From NCBI GenBank assembly GCA_002773395.1, contig PFBI01000006.1, positions 335,860 to 399,859 of the forward strand: a stretch of DNA of 64,000 nt. Direction: 5' to 3'. This DNA comes from Candidatus Kaiserbacteria bacterium CG10_big_fil_rev_8_21_14_0_10_47_16 (GTDB lineage: Bacteria > Patescibacteriota > Minisyncoccia > Phycocordibacterales > UBA918). Position numbers and translations under genes: made by a program. Shown one piece after another: positions 36,715 through 46,459 of this stretch. Each line of letters starts with the position of its first letter. Position 1 is the stretch's first letter. The notes beneath the pieces were generated by a model. It ran no database searches. It was not told where the DNA came from and worked only from the letters and a program-made list of their open reading frames with translations.

Positions 36715-37803
36715 ATGCACATCACGGTCGACCATATAAAACTCCAAAATCTTCTCGAAAGAGTTGCACGAGTGAGTACAAAACACCTCACACTCCCTGC
36801 GCTCCAATGTGTACTTCTTGATGTAAAAGAAAACACCCTCACTATTCGCGCAACAAATCTAGAGATAGGTATTGAAGGCACTATTGCAGTTGATGTAAAA
36901 GAAGAGGGAACAGTGAGTGTTATTGCGCAAACGTTTTTACAAATTGTTTCACTTATTTCACAAAAAGACGTAACACTTCACACAGAAGGTGATGTGCTTA
37001 TTGTGGAGACAAAAACATCACGCACAACAATCCATACAATTACTGCACAAGATTTCCCTCATATCCCAAAAGTGGAAGGGAAAGGACAGGTTATTAAAGG
37101 AACTATTTTTGCAAATGCAGTAAAGACGGCAGCGTTTGCTGCGTCACAGTCGTCTATTAAGCCAGAACTCGGCTCAGTGTATGTATTTCAAAAGAAGGAA
37201 CACACACTTACCTGTGTTGCGACAGACTCCTTCCGATTGGTAGAAAAAACAGTTTCCCAACAAAATGTTGTTCTTGAAGAGGGAATACTTATTCCCGCGA
37301 AGAATGCACTTGAACTCGCGCGACTCTGTGATTCCCAAGATGACGACCCAATGTTGTACATAACAGAGAATCAATGTGCGTTGCAGTTTGAGAACATCTA
37401 TATCACATCACGGCTTACGTCAGGAACCTTCCCTGACTACGCTCAGATCATTCCTAAGGAGTTTGTGAGCCATAGTACACTCCTTACCCAAGACCTGCAG
37501 AATGCGCTCAAGAAGACGAGTATATTCCTTAATAAGTTCATGCAGCTTACGATCGCGGCGTCAGCGCAAAATCTCACCCTTACCTCAAAAGGTGATGTAG
37601 GGACAACAACTGAGAAAACACCCGCAAGTCTTGAGGGGGATGAAATCTCCTTAAACTTCAACCAACGATATATCGCAGATATTTTAGGGTACATCACCGA
37701 CGAAAGTATAACGATTCACTTTGCAGGGACGGGGCGACCGATCATTATTGAAAGTGTGCACGATAAGTCACTCCGGTATTTGGTAATGCCAATGAATAAG
37801 TAG
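36715..37803 (+). CDS. dnaN: DNA polymerase III beta sliding clamp
   Basis: Three-domain beta-clamp length and sequence. Position after dnaA. Confidence 0.9.
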   Translation: MHITVDHIKLQNLLERVARVSTKHLTLPALQCVLLDVKENTLTIRATNLEIGIEGTIAVDVKEEGTVSVIAQTFLQIVSLISQKDVTLHTEGDVLIVETKTSRTTIHTITAQDFPHIPKVEGKGQVIKGTIFANAVKTAAFAASQSSIKPELGSVYVFQKKEHTLTCVATDSFRLVEKTVSQQNVVLEEGILIPAKNALELARLCDSQDDDPMLYITENQCALQFENIYITSRLTSGTFPDYAQIIPKEFVSHSTLLTQDLQNALKKTSIFLNKFMQLTIAASAQNLTLTSKGDVGTTTEKTPASLEGDEISLNFNQRYIADILGYITDESITIHFAGTGRPIIIESVHDKSLRYLVMPMNK

Positions 37804-37817
37804 TAGCTTCAGGTTAT

Positions 37818-38102
37818 ATGCGAGGAGGTGGAATCAAAAAAGTAGCCGATCTCTTTGAGACGTATCGGACACGGCTTAAAGCGCCGCAGAAAACTGTCAT
37901 AAACACCTTTACAGAGGTTGTGAGTGACGTGTGCGGCTTTTCTCTGCGTACGAGTGACGTTTCCTACACACCGTCCTCAAAAACACTCTCGCTTAAAGCA
38001 GCGGGGCCTCTCAAAACAGAGATTCTACTGCGCAAACAAGAACTCCTTATTCATATGAAGGGACGCCTTGGTGCATCGAGTGCACCAAATGAGATTATTT
38101 AG
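37818..38102 (+). CDS. Small DUF721/DciA-like protein (tentative)
   Basis: A 94 aa ORF immediately downstream of dnaN. Its C-terminal LSLKAAGPLKTEILLRKQELL pattern resembles DUF721. Context and weak similarity only. Confidence 0.35.
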   Translation: MRGGGIKKVADLFETYRTRLKAPQKTVINTFTEVVSDVCGFSLRTSDVSYTPSSKTLSLKAAGPLKTEILLRKQELLIHMKGRLGASSAPNEII

Positions 38103-40305
38103 TTTGAGGTGGATGATGCAGACGAAGGAACTGTTTTTCCAAGAAGGCTCGCTTTCCAAAGACTCACAGGGTACTCCCAGAGACGGAACTGTGAGTCTTG
38201 TTCAGGGCGTGATGGTTCAGGACCGGCAGGATCATTCTTATTAACATAGAAAAGGATAGAGTGTGCGTCATTAATGGCATCGTTTATGTCGTTACTCATT
38301 GTGCCATCGCTGTTTGTTGTCACTGAAGACGGGTTGAACCACATGCCGTTGAGAACAGGTTTATTTGATGGGGTTCGGTCAGGCTCTGGGAAACTCTCAG
38401 CATCACGCTTTGTGAGCGCGTAGTCCATGAAGTCTCGCCACATTGGAGTAACAATGAGACCTGAAATCTTTTTGTCCATAGAACTATTGTCGTTATTGCC
38501 TGCCCATGTACCCACAACGATCGTTGGTGTGTACCCAAGAATCCACGCATCTCGGTAATCGTTGGTGGTACCTGTTTTTGCCGCTACGTCACGTCCGCCG
38601 AAGTAGAGTTGTGAGTTTGCGCCATAGAGTGGTGTGCGGGCAGCGTTGTCGGAAAGTATGTCAGAAATTTGTAGGGCAACATTTCGATTAAGTACAGTTG
38701 ATGCACGTTCTTCTGCAGAGTCAGCCTCTTCCAAGACTTGACCACGACTGTCTTCGATGCGGAGGATACTGATGGGGTCATGCTTCACACCCTCATCAGC
38801 AAAGACGCTGTAGGCGTTCACCATATCAAGAAGTTTTACCTCACCACCTCCAAGTACGAGTGTAAGACCATACGCGTTTGCGTTGGTGAGTGTTGAAATA
38901 CCCATGTCACGTGCAAGTTTGATGGAGTCTTTAATACCCGCAAGGTAGAGCGTTTTTACTGCAGGCACATTTCGAGACTGCGCGAGTGCATTACGAAGAG
39001 AGATTGGCCCAACAAATACATTATCGTAGTTTTCTGGGGAGTAGCACCCTTCGTCAGGTTGGAAGTTGTCTGGTGCACACGATGTTGAAAACTGTGTTTC
39101 GAGGTCGAACACAACGGTCTCTGGGGTGAATCCCTTTGAAAATGCTTCTGCGTACACAAATGGTTTGAATGAAGAACCTGGCTGTCGGTCGGCGAGCGCA
39201 ACGTTATAGCTCCCATCGATATCTTTATCGAAGTAGTTGCGAGAGCCAACCATAACGAGAAGCTCACCTGTCTTTGGGTCTGCCGCAACCATTGAAGCGT
39301 TACTCGCATTGAAGGCATCTTGGTTGTAGATCGCATATTTATTCACAATAGTCTCCGCCTCTTTCTGGAGATCGTAGTCGAGCGTGGTAATTACCTTAAA
39401 GCCACGCTCAGCGAGTGATTCTTCACCGTATTTCTCCGCAAGGTATTCACGAATGTAGAACACAAAGTGTGGTGCGCGGATACCCCCGATCGGGGCAAGG
39501 CCAAAGTCAACTTCTTCAATTTTTGCAGCATCATGTTCCTCTTGAGTAATAAACCCGTTCTGAAGCATACGCTCCAACACAAGATTCTTTCGCTTCTCAA
39601 GCTCGTCCATGTGGTTACCATACGGTGAGTAGTACGTCGGTGCTTGCGGGAGGGCAGAGAGATACGCCGCTTCAGCAAGATCAAGGTCAGATGCGCGTTT
39701 TCCAAAGAAGGCGAGACTCGCTTCCTCGACCCCATAAATGGTCCCGCCGTATGGAGACTCATTGAGGTAGTGATTCAAAATCTCATCCTTTGTGAGCACC
39801 TGCTCAAGACGGATGGCGAGGATAGCTTCTTTTATCTTACGGACGAGGGTCTTGTCTTGATCAAGGAGTGCGTTCTTGATTACCTGCTGGGTAATCGTAG
39901 AACCACCACCGCCACTAAAGGGACTCCCATTCGAGAGGACGTTCGTCACCATGGAACGAATGATAGCGAGTGGTCGAACACCGTTGTGTTGGTAGAAGGT
40001 GTCATCTTCGATTGCTACGGTCGCGTTTTTTATATTGCGAGAGATATCTTCAAAGGGAACGACGGTACGCCGAACGTCTTGGTGGAAGTCGTAGAGGAGT
40101 ATTTCACCGGTACGGTCGTAGATTTTTGTAGACTGGAGTACACGGCGTTGCTCAAAAGATGAGAGATCAGGAATATCAAGGGTAGAGACCCAAAGAAAAA
40201 TGATGCCAGACAGCACGAGCCCAACCACGGTCATAAGAATAAGCCCATCAATTGAGAGCTGCTTCCAGTGCTTTTTAATCCAAGCTTTTGTTGTATTCCG
40301 CATAG
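38099..40305 (-). CDS. Class A penicillin-binding protein (PBP1A; glycosyltransferase plus transpeptidase)
   Basis: GT51 motifs (EDxxFxxHxG, GGSTITQQ) and transpeptidase SxxK, SxN and KTG motifs. The track ORF extends to 40546 through a TTG. The likely start is the Met at ~40305, just before the signal-anchor helix. Confidence 0.8.
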
Positions 40306-40571
40306 TCCCTATGTCCGCTATAGTGCCAATAGTAACACCACTTTGGCAAAAACTCACCCAGAAAATATCACCAGACCAAAGGCGCCTGGATTTCGAGACA
40401 AAATAGGTGAAGGCGACCGAGGCATAGAAATCTCTGGTGAGGAAGCCTGAGGCCATTTTGGCCGAAATCCAGAGGCCGACGACGGTGAAACAAAAGACAG
40501 GTAGTCGCTTTTGTGTTCTTTTATGGGTGGGTTCTATACACACCAAAAGTGTGTGGTAGAGTTAAAGCACT

Positions 40572-41750
40572 ATGAAGATTGATACTGATCCGATAAAAAT
40601 AAACGAACTCCTTACTCGTGGAGTTGCGGAGATCATTCATGAAGAGAGTCTCCGAAAAAAGCTCGAAAGTGGAAAACAGCTTCGTATTAAACTCGGTATT
40701 GATCCAACGAGCCCTAACATTCACATCGGGAGAGCGATACCGCTCCTCAAACTCCGAGACTTTCAGGAACTTGGGCATCAAGTGGTTTTTATTGTAGGGG
40801 ACTTCACCAGTGTGATCGGCGACACCTCTGACAAAGACAGTGAACGACCAATGCTTGACCGTGACGTCATTGAGGCAAACAAAAAAACGTACTTTGCGCA
40901 GGTTGGGAAGATTCTTGACCTTGAGAAAGCAGAACTCCGGTACAACTCTGAATGGCTTGAGGAACTCACCTACCGTGAGATTGGGGAGCATGCAGATGTA
41001 TTTTCTGTCGCAGACTTTATTGCGCGAGATAACATCAAGCGAAGACTCGATAGCGGCAAGCGTGTTTCGCTTCGTGAGGTACTCTACCCGCTCATGCAGG
41101 GGTATGACAGTGTTGCGGTGGAAGCTGATGTTGAGATTGGGGGAACCGATCAACGGTTTAATCTTCTTGCAGGACGGACACTCCAACCACGTTTTGACCA
41201 AAAGCCGCAAGATATTCTTATGAGCCCACTGATTAATGGGACTGATGGGAGGAAGATGAGTTCGAGTTGGGGGAACACTATTAATCTGGTTGCAGAACCA
41301 GAAGATATGTACGGAAGTGTGATGAGTATGGCGGATGCGGAGATTGTTGGGTACTTCACGACCTGTACCCGAGTACCACTTAGTGAAGTCAAAGAAATAG
41401 AGGAAGCGATGCAGTCGGGGACAAACCCTCGTGATCTTAAGATGCGACTCGCTCGAGAAATTGTAACGATGTACCACGGAGAGAAGGAGGCGAAAGAAGC
41501 GGAGCAAGCCTTTGTTGAAACGTTTCAGAAGGGAGGTGTACCGGAAGAGGTTGAAGAAATTTCAGGAGATTACACCGCAGCACTCCTTGAGAAAAATATG
41601 GTCGCGTCAAAGACAGAACTTCGTCGTCTCTTTGAAGCAGGGGGAGTACGAAATGCAGAAACAGGAGAAAAGTATGATGAATTCCCGACCGTTACCGAGC
41701 CAACGGTACTGAAAATCGGGAAGCGAAGATTTGTAAAACTTCTTCCGTAG
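40572..41750 (+). CDS. tyrS: Tyrosyl-tRNA synthetase
   Basis: Class I HIGH-like (HIGR) and KMSKS-like (KMSSS) motifs, GGTDQ, and a C-terminal region resembling the bacterial TyrRS anticodon-binding/S4 part. Confidence 0.7.
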   Translation: MKIDTDPIKINELLTRGVAEIIHEESLRKKLESGKQLRIKLGIDPTSPNIHIGRAIPLLKLRDFQELGHQVVFIVGDFTSVIGDTSDKDSERPMLDRDVIEANKKTYFAQVGKILDLEKAELRYNSEWLEELTYREIGEHADVFSVADFIARDNIKRRLDSGKRVSLREVLYPLMQGYDSVAVEADVEIGGTDQRFNLLAGRTLQPRFDQKPQDILMSPLINGTDGRKMSSSWGNTINLVAEPEDMYGSVMSMADAEIVGYFTTCTRVPLSEVKEIEEAMQSGTNPRDLKMRLAREIVTMYHGEKEAKEAEQAFVETFQKGGVPEEVEEISGDYTAALLEKNMVASKTELRRLFEAGGVRNAETGEKYDEFPTVTEPTVLKIGKRRFVKLLP

Positions 41751-41754
41751 GTAA

Positions 41755-41797
41755 AAGAAAAGGCCCGGCACCAGAGGTGCCGGGCCTTTTCTTTTTT
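41755..41797. terminator. Bidirectional terminator (GGCCCGGCACC-AGA-GGTGCCGGGCC)
   Basis: 11-bp stem flanked by A- and T-runs, between the convergent tyrS and the acidic ORF. Confidence 0.65.
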
Positions 41798-42089
41798 AGA
41801 GGTGATCCTCGTCGTCAAATGAATCAAATTCAACATCCTCAGCATCTGCTTCGAAGAGATCCTCTTCGTCATCATCGTCATCATCGTCATCGTCTTCATC
41901 ATCGTCATCTTCGGGGTCCTCAGTATCTTTTTCAGAAAGGAGAGACTCGGGTTCCACTGGCACACCGCCCTCGAGGTCGTCATCGTCGTCCTCGAGTTCG
42001 TCTTCATCATCGAGACCGTCTCCGAGCATAGCCTCTTCGACGTCGTTCTCGTCCTCATTGATGTCATCTGTGTCAGCGAATGCGTTCAT
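41796..42089 (-). CDS. Hypothetical highly acidic (D/E-rich) low-complexity protein
   Basis: A 97 aa ORF with more than 50 percent D and E, located downstream of ruvC on the same strand. The overlapping plus-strand ORF is an H/R-rich mirror image, so coding status is uncertain. Confidence 0.35.
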   Translation of the reverse strand: MNAFADTDDINEDENDVEEAMLGDGLDDEDELEDDDDDLEGGVPVEPESLLSEKDTEDPEDDDDEDDDDDDDDDEEDLFEADAEDVEFDSFDDEDHL

Positions 42090-42163
42090 ACAAAATTATG
42101 AAAAATTATTTTTTATCTCGTATGTTTTATCAGATGTCGTTTCTAAGTGCAAGAGCTGAGAAT

Positions 42164-42646
42164 TCATATTCCGCCGCGGGTATGTGCGAGGGTGGTTATG
42201 CCGACAGCGATTGCGTCGTATTCGTCGTCGAGCGCGGCTGCGGGGACGTTTGGAACGAGGCGTTTTACCATATCCATAACCGCATGTTTGTCGCTGTTCC
42301 CGTAGCCGGTCACCGCAACTTTTATTTCTTGTGGGCCGTACTCATGAACGGTGCACCCATGCACCTGTGCAAGATAGAGAATGATGCCACGAGCTTCGGC
42401 GACCGCGATGCCGGTCTTTTGGTTCTTGTTAAAGAAGATTGTTTCAATACCAACAGCATTCGGAGCATACTCGGTAAGGAGATTGTCGATTGCAACGCCG
42501 AGTGAGTGAAGACGGCTGGGGAGAGGACTATTTTTATCACTCGATATACACGTAGAGAAGATAAGCACTTCTTTACCGCTCTCACCACGTTCCATAATGG
42601 CGACACCGAGCCGATCGTATCCAGGGTCAATAGCGAGTACACGCAT
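42164..42646 (-). CDS. ruvC: Holliday junction resolvase RuvC
   Basis: MRVLAIDPG...GIET... carries the RuvC catalytic acidic residues. The track ORF runs to 42895 through the terminator and yebC tail. The true start is the Met at ~42646. Confidence 0.8.
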   Translation of the reverse strand: MRVLAIDPGYDRLGVAIMERGESGKEVLIFSTCISSDKNSPLPSRLHSLGVAIDNLLTEYAPNAVGIETIFFNKNQKTGIAVAEARGIILYLAQVHGCTVHEYGPQEIKVAVTGYGNSDKHAVMDMVKRLVPNVPAAALDDEYDAIAVGITTLAHTRGGI

Positions 42647-42663
42647 ACGCGTACAGAGTACCA

Positions 42664-42709
42664 TGAAAAAAGCCGACCATGACACACCGGTGTCATGGTC
42701 GGCTTTTTT
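42664..42709. terminator. Bidirectional terminator between yebC and ruvC (AGCCGACCATGACAC-ACCG-GTGTCATGGTCGGCT)
   Basis: 15-bp stem with A6 before and T6 after. Confidence 0.6.
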
Positions 42710-42713
42710 CAAG

Positions 42714-43259
42714 CTAGTCCCCCTCGGGAGTGTCGGCAGTTGTATATATTTCCTGCACGTCGTCTTGTTCTTCCAGTTTTTCAATAAGCTCAGCAAGCTT
42801 CTCGCCGTCGTTGTCCGAGAGTTCGATAGGCATGTTCGGAACGTATCGTTCAGACGTTTTTGTGAACGCCCAGAGCGATGACCCTGGTGCGCCAAGCTCG
42901 TACCCAGCCTTTGAAAAGATATGTTTAATTTCAGGAGCAGTGCGGTTGTTGTTGTCAGTCACGGCAGTAATGATCAGTGCAGTTCCGCCAGGGCCAAATG
43001 CTTCAAAGGTCACTTCCTCAAGTGCGGCACCGCCGGCACCTCCACCTTTTGCGACCGCGCGATCGATATTATCTTTTGGCATTGAATCCTTCTTCGCACG
43101 CTCGATTGCAGCGATGAGTCCTGGAGCCGACGTGTCGCCACCTGCTTTCCGTGATTCCATCGCAATGAGGGCAGCATGTTTTGAAAACACCTTACTCTTT
43201 ACCGCATCAGTTGCCGCTTTCTTGTGCTTAATTTTTGACCATTTATTATGTCCTGACAT
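42714..43259 (-). CDS. yebC: YebC/PmpR family DNA-binding transcriptional regulator
   Basis: N-terminal MSGHNKWSKIKHKK... signature of the YebC family. Conserved neighbourhood with ruv genes. Confidence 0.85.
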   Translation of the reverse strand: MSGHNKWSKIKHKKAATDAVKSKVFSKHAALIAMESRKAGGDTSAPGLIAAIERAKKDSMPKDNIDRAVAKGGGAGGAALEEVTFEAFGPGGTALIITAVTDNNNRTAPEIKHIFSKAGYELGAPGSSLWAFTKTSERYVPNMPIELSDNDGEKLAELIEKLEEQDDVQEIYTTADTPEGD

Positions 43260-43314
43260 AGTGTTGAATATTTATGTATATAAAGTGTATGAAACGAAAC
43301 GTAGGAACGCAAGT

Positions 43315-44301
43315 TTAAAGATTCTGGATGTGACTGTATGCGATCGGAGTTGCAACACGACCGCGAGGCGTACGCTCGAGGAGTCCTTGGCGAATGAGGT
43401 ATGGTTCGAGAACGTCCTCGATTGTCGCCTGCTCCTCGCCGGTTGCGGCAGCGATGGTGTTGAGTCCGACAGGACCACCGTTGAACTTGGTGATAATTGC
43501 GTCGAGTACTGCACGGTCGGGACCAGAGAGACCGAGTGTGTCTATCTCGAGAAGACCAAACGTTCGGCTGACGGTGTCGGCAGTAATAGCCCCACCTTCA
43601 AGCTGTGCTAAGTCGCGGCATCGCTTGAGGAGATAGTTTGCAGTACGTGGTGTTGCGCGACAACGTGCAGCGATGCCACTAAATATTTGATCAGGGGTAT
43701 CGACACCAAGGAGTGCCGCTGAGCGCCTTAGGATTGTTGCGATTTCATCTTCAGAATAAAACTCCAATCGGAATGTACCGCCAGAAAAGCGTGATCGAAG
43801 CGGTGAGGAGAGGAGCGAAATGCGCGTTGTTGCGGCAACGAGTGTAAAGGGAGGAAGTTCAAGTTGTACCGTGCGTGCAGACGGACCTTTTCCAATAATG
43901 ATATCGAGAACTCCCGATTCCATAGCAGGGTAGAGAACTTCTTCAATGCTTTTACTGAGTCGGTGGATCTCATCAATAAAGAGGACGTCACCGGGAGAGA
44001 GGTTGGTGAGGATTGCCGCAAGATCGCCAACACGTTCAATGGCGGGCCCTGATGTTGAGCGCATGTTGGTCCCTAAGGTTTTTGAAATCAGGTGTGCGAG
44101 AGTCGTCTTCCCGAGTCCGGGCGGTCCATAGAGAAGAATATGTTCTGCAGCGTGTCCACGTTCGCGTGCGGCCGTGAGTAAAATACGCAGGTTTTCCTTT
44201 ATTTTTTCTTGACCCACATACTCGTCCCAACTTTGTGGGCGAAGGGTCTGGTCAAGGTTGCTCGCAAAATCACGAGAAATTTCTTTGGAGTCAGTATCCA
44301 T
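43315..44301 (-). CDS. ruvB: Holliday junction branch-migration helicase RuvB
   Basis: AAA+ Walker [12 protein letters not shown], Walker B and the RuvB winged-helix C-terminus. Confidence 0.9.
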   Translation of the reverse strand: MDTDSKEISRDFASNLDQTLRPQSWDEYVGQEKIKENLRILLTAARERGHAAEHILLYGPPGLGKTTLAHLISKTLGTNMRSTSGPAIERVGDLAAILTNLSPGDVLFIDEIHRLSKSIEEVLYPAMESGVLDIIIGKGPSARTVQLELPPFTLVAATTRISLLSSPLRSRFSGGTFRLEFYSEDEIATILRRSAALLGVDTPDQIFSGIAARCRATPRTANYLLKRCRDLAQLEGGAITADTVSRTFGLLEIDTLGLSGPDRAVLDAIITKFNGGPVGLNTIAAATGEEQATIEDVLEPYLIRQGLLERTPRGRVATPIAYSHIQNL

Positions 44302-44359
44302 TGGGACATTTTACCAAAGAAGCACCCAAAAGGGCAGGAGTAACAAAAAGGGGTAAGGG

Positions 44360-44387
44360 TTGACAAAAATAATCAGTATGCTAGAAT
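44360..44387 (+). promoter_or_regulatory. Near-consensus sigma-70 promoter TTGACA-16-TAGAAT facing a roughly 290-nt ORF-less region
   Basis: Perfect -35 hexamer, 16-nt spacer and a 5/6 -10 hexamer, read directly. Confidence 0.5.
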
Positions 44388-44393
44388 ACTGGT

Positions 44394-44690
44394 GTTCGTT
44401 CTTCATCTGCCGCTTTTGCGACAGGTGTTTTCTTTTTAATTTTAGAGTGGAGAAAGAAGGGTTATCCAGCCGATAACCCTCTAAACAACAAAAGGTTGCT
44501 TTACGAGGACACTGTGGTGCTCACCTTCGAGTGAGATCTCTGTGGTGTTCCTTAGTTCTGTAACCACTTCTTCCGGGAAGTTTTGCTTAGAGGGTTATAT
44601 TCTGGATTCTCAGTGAACACCACCGATGTAACTAGGGAATACTCTAGCACATGAAAAAGCATCTGCGTATTGACCAGATGCTTTTTGTAT
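44394..44690 (+). ncRNA. Candidate structured non-coding RNA of unknown family, from promoter to terminator with no ORF
   Basis: Bounded by the consensus promoter and the hairpin AAAAAGCATCTG-CGTATTGAC-CAGATGCTTTTT. Several internal stems are visible, such as GGGTTATC-CAGCCG-GATAACCC nested in TTTAGAG/CTCTAAA, CTCAC-CTTCGA-GTGAG, ACTTC-TTCCGGG-GAAGT, and a long-range TGGTGTTC / GAACACCA pairing. Confidence 0.35.
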
Positions 44691-44704
44691 TTCGGGGGCA
44701 TTTA

Positions 44705-46411
44705 TCAGACTGTGTCCTCAGAATCTTGGTCTGTATCAAGATCAGGCGCCTCTTCAGTGGTGCGAGTGTTGTGAAGATCGATCACACGTTCGAGCTCATC
44801 GAGGGAGGTGATGCCGGCGAGAACTTTTTCAATACCGTCTTGCGCCATACTCGGAATATCTTGTTTCTTCGCTGCGGCAAGAATGTGTATTTCACGAGGA
44901 TCACGAATGACCGCTTCCTCGACGGCGGTGTCAACGCGAATTGCTTCAAAGACACCTTTGCGTCCCTTGTATCCACTTCCACCACATGCGGGGCAACCCT
45001 TTGGTTCGTAGATGGTGTGCTGCGCAACTGGTTCGTCCATGATTTGTGCAATGAGTGTTTGTTCTTGTGTAGTTGCGTCACGCTGTACTTTGCATTCATT
45101 ACAGAGAAGACGAACCAAGCGTTGTCCGAGGATGAGATTGACGGAACTGCCGATTGTACGGGCATCAACACCGAGGTCGAGTAGACGAGGGAAGGCAGCT
45201 GCTGCGCTGTTTGTGTGGAGTGTGGAGAAGACGAGGTGACCGGTGAGCGCCGCGTTCATGGCGGTTTCCGCTACCTCGCGGTCACGGATCTCACCGACCA
45301 TAATAATGTCGGGGTCTTGCCGGAGAATTGCACGAAGACCTTGCGCGAAGGTGTAATCTTCTTCAATTTGGGTCTGTACGATTCCAGGGAGCTTATATTC
45401 AACAGGATCTTCAATGGTCACAATCTTTGTTTCGGGCGTATGGACTTTTTGCATGAATGCGTAGAGTGCGGTTGTTTTTCCTGAACCGGTTGGACCGGTA
45501 GTAATGATGGCGCCATTTGGTCGTACGAGCTCTTCAAGAACGACGGCTTTGAGTTTGTCATTGAGACCTAGACCTTCAAGGGTAAACCCAGATGCGTCAG
45601 GGTCGAGGAGACGCATTACGACAGACTCACCGTATGCACCAGGAATGACTGATGTACGCACTTCGATCTTGCGTGTACCCACGTCGAAGGTGAAGCGCCC
45701 GTCTTGTGCTTCGTTGTGAATATTGAGGATAAGGCCAGAGAGAAGTTTTATACGAGACGTAATGAGTGTGTAGATTGTTTTGTCGGCATTGGTAATATCC
45801 CACAACACACCATCGAGACGGTATCGAAAACGCACGGTGTTTTGTTCTGGTTCAATGTGGATGTCAGATGCACCGAGCGCGAGTGCGCCCGCGAACAGTA
45901 CCTCGATAGTACTTGTTGCACGCTCTGTTTTATTTGTTTGCTGTACTTCAAGGATTTTGGTTGCAACGTCGAGGTGCGTTTTAATTTCTGCAGCGAATGC
46001 GGTAATGGCGGCAGGACTGATGTCGAGGACACCCTGCTTCTCAGCTGTTGCAGAGAGAACGTCTTTGTAGCGAAGCCACGCATGGTCGAGACTTGCGAGC
46101 GTAACGAGGTATCCGGTAATGGTGTAGCCGCGTGACTCAAGAGATTGGAGCACCTCTTCGGTCTTCGGATTTTCAGGATTTTGAATAGCGACAGAAAGCT
46201 GTTTGTTTTGTTCGAGGAATGCAGCAACCTGAGCTTCGCGAGCAACCTTTTCAGGAATGAGCGCAAGCGCATCGGTATCGATGGTAATACCGTGGAGATT
46301 GGTATATCCGAGGTTGTAGTTTGGGGCCAGCATGCGGGCAGCGTTCTCCTCCGCGCTGTGTCCAAGCGATTCGAGCTTTTGATTGATACGCGTGTCATCA
46401 AACTGTGGCAT
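44705..46411 (-). CDS. pilB: Type IV pilus / type II secretion family assembly ATPase (PilB/GspE)
   Basis: Walker A GPTGSGKTT, Asp and His boxes and a tetracysteine Zn motif (CNEC...CPACGGSG). Confidence 0.85.
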   Translation of the reverse strand: MPQFDDTRINQKLESLGHSAEENAARMLAPNYNLGYTNLHGITIDTDALALIPEKVAREAQVAAFLEQNKQLSVAIQNPENPKTEEVLQSLESRGYTITGYLVTLASLDHAWLRYKDVLSATAEKQGVLDISPAAITAFAAEIKTHLDVATKILEVQQTNKTERATSTIEVLFAGALALGASDIHIEPEQNTVRFRYRLDGVLWDITNADKTIYTLITSRIKLLSGLILNIHNEAQDGRFTFDVGTRKIEVRTSVIPGAYGESVVMRLLDPDASGFTLEGLGLNDKLKAVVLEELVRPNGAIITTGPTGSGKTTALYAFMQKVHTPETKIVTIEDPVEYKLPGIVQTQIEEDYTFAQGLRAILRQDPDIIMVGEIRDREVAETAMNAALTGHLVFSTLHTNSAAAAFPRLLDLGVDARTIGSSVNLILGQRLVRLLCNECKVQRDATTQEQTLIAQIMDEPVAQHTIYEPKGCPACGGSGYKGRKGVFEAIRVDTAVEEAVIRDPREIHILAAAKKQDIPSMAQDGIEKVLAGITSLDELERVIDLHNTRTTEEAPDLDTDQDSEDTV

Positions 46412-46459
46412 ATATAGGAGTATTATGACATACCTCTACGCACTTGCGCGTGAAATATT

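Noticed and set aside
40306-40546. N-terminal 81-aa extension of the PBP1A ORF starting at a TTG
   Set aside because: The extension precedes the obvious start (MRNTTKAW plus signal-anchor helix) and has no RBS, so the shorter gene is preferred.
41777-42031. Plus-strand H/R-rich 84-aa ORF
   Set aside because: It is a mirror image of the minus-strand acidic ORF. Neither is certain, but the minus-strand frame is co-oriented with ruvC and bounded by the tyrS bidirectional terminator, so it was listed at low confidence and this one dropped.
42647-42895. Upstream extension of the ruvC ORF to 42895
   Set aside because: The extension runs through a strong bidirectional terminator and overlaps the yebC 3' end. 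RuvC homology begins at MRVLAIDPG.
44651-45184. Plus-strand 177-aa ORF
   Set aside because: It lies inside and antisense to the pilB gene and starts within the terminator hairpin.
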